From: Candidatus Bathyarchaeota archaeon
GTDB lineage: Archaea; Thermoproteota; Bathyarchaeia; Bathyarchaeales; Bathycorpusculaceae
NCBI GenBank assembly: GCA_963720565.1
Contig: CAVRFW010000007.1
Coordinates: forward strand, 1-64,000
Direction: 5' to 3'
Length of the DNA stretch: 64,000 nucleotides
Numbering within the stretch: position 1 is the first letter of the stretch; the number at the start of each line of letters is the position of its first letter. Both the position numbers and the translations under genes were made by a program. The notes under the pieces are model-generated. The model was given only the letters and a program-made list of their open reading frames with translations. It made no database searches and was not told the origin of the DNA. Shown here piece by piece: positions 1-11,968 of the stretch.

Positions 1-182
1 GGCAAAAAACTTGTAAGTCCAAAATAGCGCAAGCGTTGTTCTTTCTCAGACAAATACAATTGGGCTGTGTGGTTACTGATGGGGGTAGGGGAAGCCTTCT
101 CCTTTGCTCCTCGTTTCTTCCTTGCGGGGGCGTTTCAAGATGGGGTGCTAACTGCTTTCTGGGGTTTGGTGTGTTGTTGGGT

Positions 183-582
183 TTAGGCTTGAATGGTTGG
201 GTTTCTTCTTGTTGGGCCGTCGGCGGGGGATGGCATTACAACGGTGGCTTCAGGGGTGGAGGTTTTTGATAGGGTTCTGGTGATGAGGTTTAGCGAGTTT
301 TCGGGTGAAGGATGGCAGGCTGGCCTTCGGTTGGTTAGGGCGTAGACTTTGCGTGGTCTTTCATGGGTCATGTTCCATTCGCTTTTGACTTGTCCCTTCT
401 TTTCAGCGTTTCCTGGTAGGAGATCACACGGTACTTGGGCCGAAGTAGACGCCGAAGCTTCGGCGTATGTTGGTGATTATCTGGTAACCGTGCATGGGCT
501 CGTTTCTGAGCAGTTGGAGGACGATCATGTCGAGTAGGCCTTTGGTTAGTTTTGTTTGGGCTTCTTTTTGGGGGTTGTTCAT
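183..582 (-). CDS. PadR-family transcriptional regulator (frameshifted in this assembly)
   Basis: Reconstructed across frames: MNNPQKEAQTKLTKGLLDMIVLQLLRNEPMHGYQIITNIRRSFGVYFGPSTV...SEWNMTHERPRKVYALT. PadR MHGY and RPRKVY motifs; AGGAG RBS upstream. Confidence 0.85.
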
Positions 583-1122
583 TTTTTGTTTTTTCTCCTT
601 GTTGTATTTTTGTTCTACACGTGTACGATAGGTCTTTCTTGAGACATATGTCGTACGATACTATCAATGCGCAGACCTCCGATTTAACGATACAGACATA
701 CTTGCGAGCATATCGGAAACATATCAAAAGAAGCCTTGAGACAGAAAAAACAACATGTCAGACGCTGAAATAACCCCGGAATCGGCATATCTAAAGCATC
801 GTTGAACTGTACAACAGGTGCGCGAGAAACCGTTAAAACACCATCATAAACCTACACTACCAATACAGATCCAAAATCCATCAAAAACCCTAGAAGAGCA
901 CTCTAGGAAGTTGCCCGCGCAACCCGCAATCCAAGCTCAATCCCGCAGGTTCAAACATGCGCTTTACGGCATATGTTCTTGGCGTGCGCTTGAGGCAAGT
1001 ATTCTGCGATTGCCAACATCAGAATTTTACTTTTTGAGGATCTACTTTTTTATAGTTTGAAATTATCTGCTTAAGATAGACTAACACGTCAATTAGAAGT
1101 GAAGGGTGAAGGGTGACGTTAT

Positions 1123-3716
1123 ATGAATTTGAATAATTTTACTATTAAAGCTCAAGAGGCTATTCAGAAAGCTACAGAGATCGCCTTATCAAAGCAGAAT
1201 CAGGCAATTGAACCCTCACACTTGCTCAAAGGCATACTGATGGTCGACGAAAACGTAGCACCATATCTACTGAAAAAACTAAACGTTAACTTTGAGCTCT
1301 TCTCAAAACAGCTCGATAAATTAATTGACGATTTACCCAAAGTTAGCGGAGGCCAACAATTCCTCTCACTCAACTCAAATCAGGTTCTCCAAAAAGCCCA
1401 AGAGATGGCCACAGAATTTAAAGACGAATTCATCGCCATCGAACACTTGTTGTCTAGGCATTTTAGTCTCAAACGACTCCGCCTCAAGATTACTAAAAAA
1501 CAACCAAGTTACCGAAAAAGGCCTCAAAGAAGCCATCAAACAACTACGCAAAGGATCCAACGTTAATTCGCAAACGGCAGAAGAAACCTACAACGCACTA
1601 AACAAATTCGCCATCAACCTAAACGACCGAGCACGACAAGGAAAACTCGACCCCGTCATTGGACGCGACGAAGAAATCCGCCGAGTCCTCCAAATCCTAT
1701 CTCGACGAACCAAAAACAACCCCATCCTCATAGGCGAACCCGGCGTAGGCAAAACCGCCATTGTGGAAGGCCTAGCCCGACGCATAATCGACAAAGACGT
1801 CCCAGAGAACCTCAAATCAAAACAAATCTACGCTCTAGACATGGGCTCGCTCATCGCAGGAGCAAAATACAAAGGCGAATTTGAAGAACGCCTAAAAAGC
1901 GTAGTTAAAGAAGTCATCTCAGCTGAAGGTGATATAGTCTTATTCATAGACGAAATCCACACCCTCGTTGGAGCAGGTGGAGGTGAAGGAGCCATGGACG
2001 CCGCCAACATTCTAAAACCAGCGCTTGCCAAAGGAGAACTACGCGCCATCGGCGCCACCACCCTAAACGAATACCAAAAATACTTCGAAAAAGACAAGGC
2101 CCTGGAAAGACGATTCCAACCCGTCATGGTCAATGAACCAGACACACTAGACGCTATATCGATTCTACGCGGCCTCAAAGAACGCTACGAAATATACCAC
2201 CATGTCCGAATCAAAGATGAAGCCATAGTCGCCGCCGTCGAACTCTCCCAAAGATACATCTCCAACCGCTTCCTACCCGACAAAGCCATCGACCTCATAG
2301 ACGAAGCAGCCTCCAAACTCCGCCTAGAAATCAACTCCGCCCCCGAAGAACTAGAAACCATAGACCGAAAAATTCGTCAACTTGAAATCGAACGCGAAGC
2401 CATCAAACGCGAAAAAGACGAACCCAAACTAAAAACCCTAAACCAAGAAATAGCCAACCTCAGCGAAACACGCAACCAACTCAGAGCAAAATGGCAATCC
2501 GAAAAAACCCTGGTCGACCAAATCCAAATAAAAAAGAACGAAATCGACCAACTCAAATTCGAAGAAGAAAAAGCAAATCGCAACGGCAACCTAGAAAAAG
2601 TCGCAGAAATCCGCTATAGCACCATCCCCGCCGCAGAAAAAACCATCGAAACCCTAAAGAAAAAACTCCAAGAGCTACAAAAAGAATCCGCCATGGTCAA
2701 CGAAGAAGTCGACGCGGAAGAAATCGCTGAAGTCGTCTCCCGATGGACAGGCATCCCTGTAAGTCGCATGCTCCAAAGCGAAAAACAAAAACTACTCAGC
2801 CTAGAAACAGAGCTCCACATGCGAGTCGTCGGACAAGACGAAGCCATCAGCGCAGTCTCAGACGCGATAAGAAGAAGCCGTGCAGGACTCCAAGACCCCA
2901 AACGACCCATCGGATCATTCATCTTTTTAGGCACCACCGGAGTAGGAAAAACCGAATTAGCAAAAGCATTAGCGGAATTTCTATTCAACAACGAAAACAA
3001 CATGGTTAGAATCGACATGTCCGAATACCAGGAGCGCCACACCGTCTCAAGACTAATTGGTGCACCCCCAGGATACGTAGGCTACGAAGAAAGCGGACAA
3101 CTAACCGAAGCAGTGCGAAGAAAACCCTACGCTGTTGTCCTTCTAGACGAGATTGAAAAGGCGCATCCTGACGTCTTCAACATACTTCTGCAGGTCCTTG
3201 ACGATGGTAGACTAACCGACAATAAAGGCCGAACCGTCGACTTCAAAAACAGCATAATCATAATGACCTCAAACATTGGCTCACATATAATCCAAGAAAA
3301 CCTAGAAAAAATAACCCCGCAAAACCGCGAAGAAATCCTAAATCAAACCAAAACCCAAGTCTTTGACCTGCTTAAAAAGAGCATCAAACCAGAATTCCTA
3401 AATCGCATCGACGAAATAATAATGTTCCAACCCCTAACCCAAGACCAAGTCCAAAACATCGTAGAACTCCAACTAAAAAACATCCAAAAAATGCTCGAAA
3501 AAAGCAACATCAAACTAACCATTACAAAAAAAGCCATAAACCACATCGCCACCATCGGCTATGACCCCCAATTCGGCGCCCGACCAATAAAACGAGTCAT
3601 CCAAAAAGAAATCCTGAACGAACTGTCAAAAATGATCCTAGCAAGAAAAAGTCGATAAAAACGCAGCCATCATCGTCGACGAAAAAAACGGAGCGTTGGT
3701 ATTTAAGAATAAATAA
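1123..3716 (+). CDS. clpB: ATP-dependent chaperone ClpB (two frameshifts, near 1450 and 3645)
   Basis: Clp N-domain, Walker A GEPGVGKT and [21 protein letters not shown], middle coiled coil, [19 protein letters not shown]. Confidence 0.96.
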
Positions 3717-3758
3717 ATATCAGGAAAGAAGGAATAGCAATCATGGAAGGTTGAGAAA

Positions 3759-4436
3759 GTGTTAGCGGCGAGTCTTTTCTCAGGCGGCAAAGAATCTGTT
3801 CATGCCATATCTACTGTCGAAAAACAAGGTGTTGAGGTTAAGCATTTAATTCACCAGATTCCAACTTTCACATCGCCTCATGCACACAATATTGAAGCCC
3901 TAAAAACGCTTGCAAAATCCATGAACAAACATTTCGCACTCGTAGACCTTCACAAAGGTGAACAAGAACTTGTTGACTTGCTCAAGAACCTCAACGTTGA
4001 TGCACTCGTTGCAGGAGACATCAACGTTCCACAACACATAACGTGGCTCCAAAACATATGCAGTCAAGCAGGCATAGAACTGCTTGAACCTCTTTTCGGG
4101 AAGAATACATCAGTTTTATTCCAGGAAATGTTTAGTGAGCCCAGGTTCAAAGCTACAATCATAGGTGTAAACACAAAATATCTAACGGATGAGTGGTTAG
4201 GGTTCACAATAAGCAGTGAAACGGCTGAAGCCTTCTTGTCAAGAACGCAACAAATAGACCCTCTTGGAGAGAACGGTGAATTCCACACCATAGTTGTTGA
4301 GAGTCCTCTTTACTCCAACACATTCAAAATAAAGCCATTGGAGAAAATAACTGAAAAAGACATGACATATCTTCGCATAATGATTTCACCTCTTAACCCA
4401 ACAACTTACGATACTGAGCGCGTGCAGGAAAAGTAG
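3759..4436 (+). CDS. Diphthamide synthase (Dph6)/PP-loop ATP pyrophosphatase family protein
   Basis: SGGKES PP-loop variant, VAGDI, DPLGENGEFHTIV. Confidence 0.85.
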   Translation: MLAASLFSGGKESVHAISTVEKQGVEVKHLIHQIPTFTSPHAHNIEALKTLAKSMNKHFALVDLHKGEQELVDLLKNLNVDALVAGDINVPQHITWLQNICSQAGIELLEPLFGKNTSVLFQEMFSEPRFKATIIGVNTKYLTDEWLGFTISSETAEAFLSRTQQIDPLGENGEFHTIVVESPLYSNTFKIKPLEKITEKDMTYLRIMISPLNPTTYDTERVQEK

Positions 4437-4517
4437 ATTTGCGGTTGCGCGAGCGCGCAGATTAAAAAGCAAACGTCAGATAATGGATGCCAAAAAAACC
4501 AGGCCGGTGTGATAGAA

Positions 4518-5719
4518 ATGACCAAGAGGGAGCGAAATATCAGGTTTTGTCAAGCCAGGGTTTGAGGCTGTGCGGGAAGCCTTCGTCGAGAACTTTGAGC
4601 GTCGCCATGAGCTTGGAGCCGCCTGTTGCATCTACTACCGTGGGGAAAAAGTCGTTGACCTCTGGGGCGGTATCCGGAACAAGGCGACTGGCGAACCGTG
4701 GGAAGAGAATACGATGGTTCTCGTCTCCTCAGCCACGAAGGGACTCGCCGGTCTGGCCATGGCGCTTGCTCAATCCCGCGGGTTGTTTGATTACGACGAG
4801 CGTATTTCAAAGTACTGGCCGGAGTTCGCTCAGCAAGGGCAAGGACAAGATCACCATCCGGCAGCTGCTGGCACATCAGGCAGGGCTTTTTGCTTTGGAT
4901 GAGCGCGTGGACACGAGAGTAGAGGCTGACCTTGACAAGCTGGCGGTCATACTAGCGCGACAGAGACCGGCTTGGGAACCAGGGACGCGTCAGGCCTATC
5001 ATGCCATCACCCTCGGATTCTATGAGAGCGAGTTGCTTCGTCGAGTCGACCCGAAGCACAGAAGCCTTGGGCGGTTCTTCCACGAGGAAATAGCTAGTCC
5101 CCTGGGGCTCGATTTCTACATCGGGCTGCCGGAAGACATTCCCAATTCCCGGCTGGCAAGAACCTACATGGCTAATCCGGCGCCAGCGGCACTCAAAGCG
5201 CCCATCCCTCTGGTGCTCGCATGTCATGAACCCTCGCTCACGCATACAACAGGGCGTTGTGGGGAGAACTGCCAGAAGACAAGGAGCATGTCTACCCTCG
5301 GAACGTGGAGGTGCCTTCTGGAGGAGGAATCGGAACTGCTCGTGCGATCGCCAAGGCATATGGCGTCTTCGCCACCGGCGGAAAGGAGCTTGGATTGCGT
5401 GAAGAGACCTTAGAGCAGCTAATGGCACCTGCGGTTCCGCCGACTCATGGATTCTACGATGAAGTAATGAAATTGGAGGGAATGGAAATGTCCCTTGGCT
5501 TTATGAAGCCAAGCCAGAAGGTTCCTTTCGCTCATCCGAGCTCCTTTGGCATGCTAGGATTTGGGGGATGCTTTGGTTTTGCTGATCCCCACGCCAAGAT
5601 TGGCTTTGCATATGTCCCGAATCTGAACTGATTTCTACTTGATGGATCCGAGACAAAATGCGCTTCGTATGGCGATGTATCGCTCGATCGGCGAAACGAA
5701 TCCATTCCTCTTGCAGTAG
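4518..5719 (+). CDS. Serine hydrolase, beta-lactamase/esterase (EstA-like) family (frameshifted)
   Basis: VVDLWGG, SATK (SxxK), ISKYWPEF, TIRQLLAHQAGL, PAWEPGTRQAYHA, GFADP spread over several frames. Confidence 0.88.
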
Positions 5720-5825
5720 GAAAGAGGAGCGCACTCTTTAACTTGAGAGAGTATTCTAATTCTTTTAATAGTTACTAGAATCGCATATACTCAAGGACAA
5801 TGCAATATTATAGGAGTGTTTTAGG

Positions 5826-7272
5826 ATGAACTTAGAAGAGTATTCTCGTTGTGATGGTGTCGCTCTAGCTGAATTGGTGAGAAAACGAGAAGTCTCACCG
5901 AAAGAACTGGCGCATCTCTTTGTGGAAGCAGTGGAAAAGGTCAATCCCAGAATCAACGCTGTCATAGAGGTCTATTCAAGATCGTGTCGAAGGGTTGGAT
6001 GATCATGCGATACCTGCTGGTCCATTCGCAGGGGTGCCCTTCTTGATGAAGGATATCGGAGCTGGTGAAGGCGGACGGCTTCAAGAGAGCGGGTCGAGGC
6101 TCATGAAGGGACATGTCGTGGACAAGGACTCGTTTTTGACCACGCTCTTCAAGAAAGCAGGTTTGACCCTTATGGGTCGTACAACAACGCCAGAATTCGC
6201 CTTAGGAGTCTCGACGGAATCGGAACTTATGGGTGCAACTCGCAATCCGTGGAATCTTGACACCATTTGCGGCGGTTCTAGCGGTGGTTCTGGAGCGAGC
6301 ATCGCAGCTGGCATCGTGCCGATGGCGCATGGAAGCGACAACGGCGGCTCGATCCGCATCCCAGCAAGTGCTTGCGGCCTTGTCGGATTGAAGCCTTCCC
6401 GAGGACGCGTGACCCTCGGGCCAGACATCGGGGAGATGTGGCCCGGAATGTTACAAGAGTTCATCCTGAGCAGAACCGTCCGGGATACTGCTTTGATGCT
6501 AGACATGGTGTCAGCGCCTGCTCCTGGTGACCCGTTCATCATAACTCAGCCCGCTCGACCTTATGCCCAAGAAGTGAACGCCCCAACAGGGCACTTGCGA
6601 ATAGCCTGGACCACCGATTCTTGGCAACCTGGCGCCTCCGTGGATTCAGAAGTCGTCAACTGTGTGGAGCAGGTAGTCTCTGAATGTGAAAGGATGGGCC
6701 ATGAACTCGTTGAGGCGAGTCCAGTCTTTGATTATGAAGAGTACCTCCGCGCCACATGCATTGCTTGGTCCTTCGGATTGTACGCAGGGATGGATATGTT
6801 CGCAGCTATGACGGGACGAAAAATCAGCGAGGAGAATTTGGAACCCGTGATGTTGTCATTTTACAACTACTCCAAAGGTCTCAGTGCGGCTGACATGTTC
6901 ATGACTGAATTTGTCTTGAACAAATTCCGACGAACCTTTGGGAAATTCTTCGAACAGTATGATCTGCTGCTCACACCCACATTGGTCAAGTTGCCGGAGC
7001 CAATTGGCAAGTACACGAAGATGCGGACAGACATTGATTATGTCGGGTATATGCGTCTGTGCGACGAAGTCCGAATCCATCCCCCAGCTGCCAATGTGAC
7101 TGGACAGCCAGCAATATCATTGCCTCTTGGACAAAGCCAATCAGGCTTGCCGATAGGGGTACAGTTCATGGCTAGGTTTGGGGAGGAAAGCACGTTAATT
7201 CGTCTGGCAAGTTCACTTGAAAAAGAAATGCCTTGGCATGATCGAATTCCACCTATCCATGCAAGCCGGTAG
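5826..7272 (+). CDS. Amidase signature family enzyme (frameshift near 5980)
   Basis: N-terminus MNLEEYSRCDGVALAELVRKREVSPKEL; GGSSGGS, GSDNGGSIRIPASACG, GLPIGVQF. Confidence 0.93.
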
Positions 7273-7337
7273 TCTCTTGAAAAAAATGAGGCGGCAGCCG
7301 TCCGCGCGCGCTAAAAACATGCCAAGAATGATTGCCA

Positions 7338-7837
7338 ATGAAATCCTTGATAATTTTATTTTCTTACCATCACAACAACACCAAGAAAATAGCGGAAGCA
7401 ATATCAAAAGTGCTTGATGCTCAGATAAAGTCGCCTCAAGAAACTGACCCAGAGGAGCTTAACCAATATGATCTTGTCGGTCTTGGCTCAGGCATATACA
7501 GCTACCAACACCATAAATCTCTGCTTGACCTCGCCGATAAACTACCGCAAGTGACCAACAGGAGAGTGTTTGTCTCTTCTCAACCACTGGAGCACCAATA
7601 ACATTTGGAGACATCTGCAATCACGAAAGCACTTGAACAGCACAACCCACTCAAGGAGAAACTGCAATCCAAAGGATACGTAATTGTCGATGAATTCATT
7701 TGTGCAGGTTTCAACACTAATAGTTTCCTCAGACTGTTTGGGGGAATAAACAAGGGCAGACCTAACGCTGAAGACCTCAAGCACGCGCAGAAGAGTTTGC
7801 TCAGAACCTGAAGCAAAATTTCGAGCGCATCCCTTGA
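7338..7837 (+). CDS. Flavodoxin family protein (frameshifted)
   Basis: SYHHNNTKKIAEAI, YDLVGLGSGIY, GGINKGRPNAEDL. Confidence 0.88.
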
Positions 7838-7961
7838 GAACTACAAAACCAATCTCTGAGAAGAAAAATGGGTGACGGGAGGTGTCGCCACTGAGGGTCT
7901 TTTTTTTGGGGTTCGCGCCTTCCGCCTCCAAATCGAAAGCCACAACATTCTGAGTTCGCGT

Positions 7962-8790
7962 CTATTTCGAAGCGGAGACGCTAATGCTTACAATGGAATT
8001 TGCGGTTTCATCAACTTCTTCTTTCGTCAATTTCAAGTTGCTAACGACTCTCTTGACTTCGGGTTCGCTTAAGATGAAGTCGAGCGGATAGTTTTTCTCG
8101 CTTAGGACTTTCACGTCTTTGAAACCAGCGTCTCGCATCAAGCCAAGATATTTGTCTTTGATTTCTGCGCCCGCGACACAGCTAGTGTACGCTTCAGCGC
8201 TCTTCTGAATCTCTTCTGGTAAGTGTTTCAACAGAACAATATCTGAAACCATGAGGCGACCGTTGGGCGCCAGGACTCTGAAAGCTTCTTCAAATACTCG
8301 TTTCTTGTTCGGTGCCAGGTTTATTACGCAGTTTGAGATTATGACGTCGACTCGAGCTGTCTGCTAATGGCAGGTTTTCGATTTCTCCGAGTCTGAATTC
8401 AACGTTTGTGTATTTGCCTTTCTTGGCGTTCGTTCTTGCTTTGTCCAGCATCTCGGGAGTCATGTCTACACCGATTACCTTTCCTGTCTTTCCGACTTTC
8501 TTGGCTGCCAGGAAGCAGTCGAAGCCGCCTCCCGAACCTAGGTCGAGGACTCTTTCGCCCTCTTTTAGGGATGCCATAGCTGTTGGATTGCCACAGCCCA
8601 GACCGAGATTAGCCCCTTCTGGAACAACATTCATTTCGTCTTCGCTGTAGCCGATTATCTTGCTGACCTGATCGTTTGATGGAGCTGAACAGCAACTTGA
8701 GGTAGGAGCGCAGCCGCAGTTAGGGCCCTTGTTCTTGGCAACTTTCGCGTAGCGTTTCCGTACTATTTCCTTCACGTTTTCTTCTTTCAT
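7962..8790 (-). CDS. arsM: Arsenite S-adenosylmethionine methyltransferase (frameshift near 8350)
   Basis: Cys-rich N-terminus, [40 protein letters not shown]. Confidence 0.92.
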
Positions 8791-8792
8791 TT

Positions 8793-9044
8793 TCAAACCT
8801 CCTGATTAGTCAATGATTTGAGTAGTGGACCAAGCGTTTTTGTCACAGCACCGACGAGTTTTTCTGCTTTTACCATCGTGATGCAGCATACTTCACCGTT
8901 CTTCTCGCAAGCCACCAAGGCCAACTTTTCGTTCGGCTTGATGTTTGCTTTTTCTCGCAAATCTTTGGGCAGCACGATTTGCCCCTTCGCGTCCATGGTT
9001 ACGACCGCGTCGATTCTGCAAGTGTCATCTTCACATTTGGTCAC
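8793..9044 (-). CDS. hgcC: AbrB/MazE-fold small protein with vicinal CC, resembling the HgcAB-associated protein HgcC
   Basis: VVTMDAKGQIVLPKDLREKANIKPNEKL (AbrB fold) plus GEVCCITMVKA; directly upstream of arsM. Family assignment is from recall and needs an HMM check. Confidence 0.65.
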   Translation of the reverse strand: MTKCEDDTCRIDAVVTMDAKGQIVLPKDLREKANIKPNEKLALVACEKNGEVCCITMVKAEKLVGAVTKTLGPLLKSLTNQEV

Positions 9045-9099
9045 GCTTAATCACCATGCAAAGAGCAGTATATTTCAGCATACTTAAACTTTTCCTAAA

Positions 9100-9117
9100 A
9101 ATCAGAAAAATCTGATT
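9100..9117. promoter_or_regulatory. Perfect inverted repeat AATCAGA-AAAA-TCTGATT, candidate operator of the hgcC-like/arsM operon
   Basis: 7-bp arms, 4-nt spacer, just upstream of a minus-strand TATA-like TTTAAGTA. Confidence 0.5.
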
Positions 9118-9314
9118 ATTTGGATTAAATATTAGTTAGCCTTTCGCCCGCCTTCTTTCGAGGGAAATCCGCAGAGCACAAGACGCAACGTACGGTTCCG
9201 CTGTTAAAACTGATACAAATTCTTGTGGCACTAAGAAAGTTAGGTTGTGCTCCATTTATCGATTAACGCGCGTAAAGCAATAGAAACCTTTGGCACGGAG
9301 CAACCTTTAACGGG

Positions 9315-9761
9315 TCAAAACGCAGTAGGGTTTTGGCAATTGCTGCATTTATCGGCATAGCGATGTAATAATGTTCCACATTTAGAACAGGTATAGTGTT
9401 TTTCCTGTTCTGCTACCCAGCGTTCGGTGCCCAATTCCTTCCATCGAGGTATAGATTTCAATATGTTATTTCTGGCAGCTTCGATAGGAAAATTCTTTAT
9501 GTTATTACATGGAAAATCATCACATTGGTGGCAGCCTTTCAGTTCTTTTTTCTGCGCACATGCTCTAACAGGACATGTCTTAGCGAATTGAAAAGTCTTT
9601 TCCGACATGCATCCCTCACAAGCTATGTTCTCAGGTGAAGTGCCAAAGAAAGAAGCAAGGTCTTCTTTGAGTTTCTGGTCATTATTTTGATCTGCTGCTC
9701 GTACTGAACATACACTACAATACATACCGCATGGCGACAGATACTCATTCTTTACGCCCAT
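9315..9761 (-). CDS. DUF3795-like Cys-rich (Fe-S/Zn) protein
   Basis: PCGMYCSVC, CEGC, CPVRAC, CHQCDDFPC, CSKCG, CSNC. Confidence 0.8.
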   Translation of the reverse strand: MGVKNEYLSPCGMYCSVCSVRAADQNNDQKLKEDLASFFGTSPENIACEGCMSEKTFQFAKTCPVRACAQKKELKGCHQCDDFPCNNIKNFPIEAARNNILKSIPRWKELGTERWVAEQEKHYTCSKCGTLLHRYADKCSNCQNPTAF

Positions 9762-9938
9762 TTTTTTCTCCTCCTTTCTCCTCTAATCCTAAAGAAACAT
9801 AATCGCTATTCTGTTGCAGTTTGCTTATACGGTTTGCGTAGAAGATTCATTCTCAGCTACCTTTTCCTACTATTAACTAGCTAAGAAACACGCAAAAAGA
9901 AGGCTCGGCTAACCAGCCAATTCCAGAACACTCGCTCA

Positions 9939-10698
9939 CTAAGGTGTATAGCACATTGAGTTTTCGAAGTAGTCTCTTGATATGCGAATTAGGTTTTGGT
10001 CTTGCGAAAGCATGGCAGTTTCAGAAAAAGTCCAGTCTGACACCGTTATGAGTGTTTTCATATCCGATATTATCAAGTTTACGGGGCAACATAGCTGGCG
10101 AACATCACCCAAGTCTTTTATTTTTTCCGTCTTGAACATTTCTTCTGACAAGGCAATGTTCAGTTTGATTCTCCGCTTATCCTGAGCTTCACGAAGTGGT
10201 GCGCTGAGTTCTTTGAAAAGTTCAGGGTACGAAACGAAGAAAGTTATCTCCTTCCGAGCAGTTCTCAATCAAAGCTTTCATTCTGTTTAAAACAATGTTC
10301 TTTCCGCTTAGGATGTAGCCTATTTCCAATTCTTCAGGCTTTTCGGCGCTGTCATAAATGGGCGACAACATGTCAACCAAGACATCTGCTTCCTTGAGTT
10401 CTTCATTCAACTTCTCTGTCAAACGCTGTTTCAGGTTCGCAATTGCCTCTTTCGGCGGAACAGGCTTGTACACCTTCGGGTTAGCATTGCGGACGACAAG
10501 CATTCCCTTCTCCGAAAGCCCGTCAAGTGCATAGTATATTTTCGTATCAGAAATTCCAGTCTCTTTGCATAGCGCACTCGCAGTCAAGTTTGGGTGAACC
10601 AACAAAGTCGCATATATTTCTGCTTCATGCGTCGACAAGTCCAAGTTCTTCAAACTTGAAACTATTCGGTCTCGTGCAATTGTTTCATTTCCTTTCAT
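9939..10698 (-). CDS. TrmB-family transcriptional regulator (frameshifted)
   Basis: LDLSTHEAEIYATLL...KIYYALDGLSEKG...PKVYKPVPPKEA; C-terminal LIISDMK...YFEN. Confidence 0.88.
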
Positions 10699-10715
10699 TA
10701 TCGACGTTCTCCTGC

Positions 10716-10739
10716 TTTCTGAGAAGTAAATGTCAGAAA
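10716..10739. promoter_or_regulatory. Inverted repeat TTTCTGA-N10-TCAGAAA in the divergent TrmB/CMD promoter
   Basis: Seen directly; adjacent to TATA-like CTTATAT at about 10743. Confidence 0.4.
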
Positions 10740-10799
10740 AATCTTATATGCTTTTCTACTGCACATAGAGAAGTAGAAGAATGTGAAGGAAGGACTGAC

Positions 10800-11048
10800 A
10801 TGGAAGAAAAAATAAAATGGCTAATAGCGGCTGGCGCAGCGTTCAACGCAAACTGCCAACCGTGCCTAAAAACCATATTCAAAAAGGCTCTCGAAGCTGG
10901 AGCCAGTAAAAAAGAAATCGCGGAAGCAATCGGAGTGGCAAAGCTGGTCCGAAGAAACGCCACTACTTTTATGGACAAGTTCGCCGCGGGCATGACTGAG
11001 ATGGAGATCGGAGAAGAATCTGGCAATACTGGCTGCGGGTGCAGCTGA
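10800..11048 (+). CDS. Carboxymuconolactone decarboxylase/AhpD-like protein
   Basis: ANCQPCL (CxxC), ALEAGASKKEIAEAI, C-terminal GCGCS. Confidence 0.8.
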   Translation: MEEKIKWLIAAGAAFNANCQPCLKTIFKKALEAGASKKEIAEAIGVAKLVRRNATTFMDKFAAGMTEMEIGEESGNTGCGCS

Positions 11049-11082
11049 ATCAAGCAAAAGGAAAAAATGGAGGTGAAATGAA

Positions 11083-11431
11083 ATGACCGAAAAAACTCAA
11101 ACAAACAAAGTCTTGGATGCCATAGCATGGGGCGTGTTTATTGTCTTGCTCGGAGCCGGATGGATAGCATCCTCTTACTACAAGATGGACACTGGAATTT
11201 ACGTCGCTCTTGGAGCTGGACTTATTCTGATAGCTCTAAATCTTACAAGACGGGCCATGGGAATCACAATAAGCAAATTCAGTCTCTTCATAGGTCTGCT
11301 CGCTCTTGCTCTCAGCGGTTCTGGTATTGGGATTCGAAATGCCCTTCATTCCGACGGTGATTGTACTCGTTGGCTTTTTCATCGTTGCCGAAGGTCTTCA
11401 GAGGCGTTTTCACAAGGCACAAGAGGCATAA
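11083..11431 (+). CDS. Small multi-pass membrane protein (frameshifted)
   Basis: About four hydrophobic segments; GGAGGTG RBS. Confidence 0.7.
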
Positions 11432-11968
11432 GGCAAGTTTCTAGAGCATGAGTTAGACCTTGCGATTTCTTTTTTTTGATTTTTTGTCTTCTTTTCTATG
11501 TGAGCCTCACCGAAGGCTTGCACTAGTAGACGGAGTCTCTGGCGCTCGAGGAGTCACTTCAAGCATTCCTTAGCGCGGCGCGAAGTGCAGTAACTATCTC
11601 CAAGCAAAATTCTTAATAATTTCCTGTTTCGAAAAAAGGGATTTGTGGGAGACATCTCCATTTGTCCCATGTTCAAATTCCAGTGACGCTAACCACAACG
11701 AGCGTTTGAAATGGTTCTGAAAAAAGGGAAATGCGGGACGCTCACAATCTATAAAAGACAAACGAGAATACAGAATAACAGGGATTTTGCGTGTGGAAAG
11801 AAACAAAACATGCATTTCTTATCCACCTGAGAAACAATCAATGGTCAAATACCATTGAAAAAATCAGGCAAATCTACGCTTCCCCAGCCGCCATTAATAA
11901 AGCAGTCTTCTGTATTGGTCTCAACCTATGTTCGCAAAAAACCCTGCCTGCGATTTTTGGTGACGGAA

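Noticed and set aside
1375..3555. Long antisense ORFs over clpB and similar shadow ORFs elsewhere in the ORF track
   Set aside because: They are by-products of codon bias on the coding strand, with no recognisable motifs or expression signals.
4518..5719. Antibiotic-resistance beta-lactamase
   Set aside because: The motifs fit the broad EstA-like esterase branch of the family; resistance cannot be inferred.
7962..11048. Mercury methylation (hgcAB) locus
   Set aside because: No HgcA cap-helix motif or HgcB ferredoxin is present in the window.
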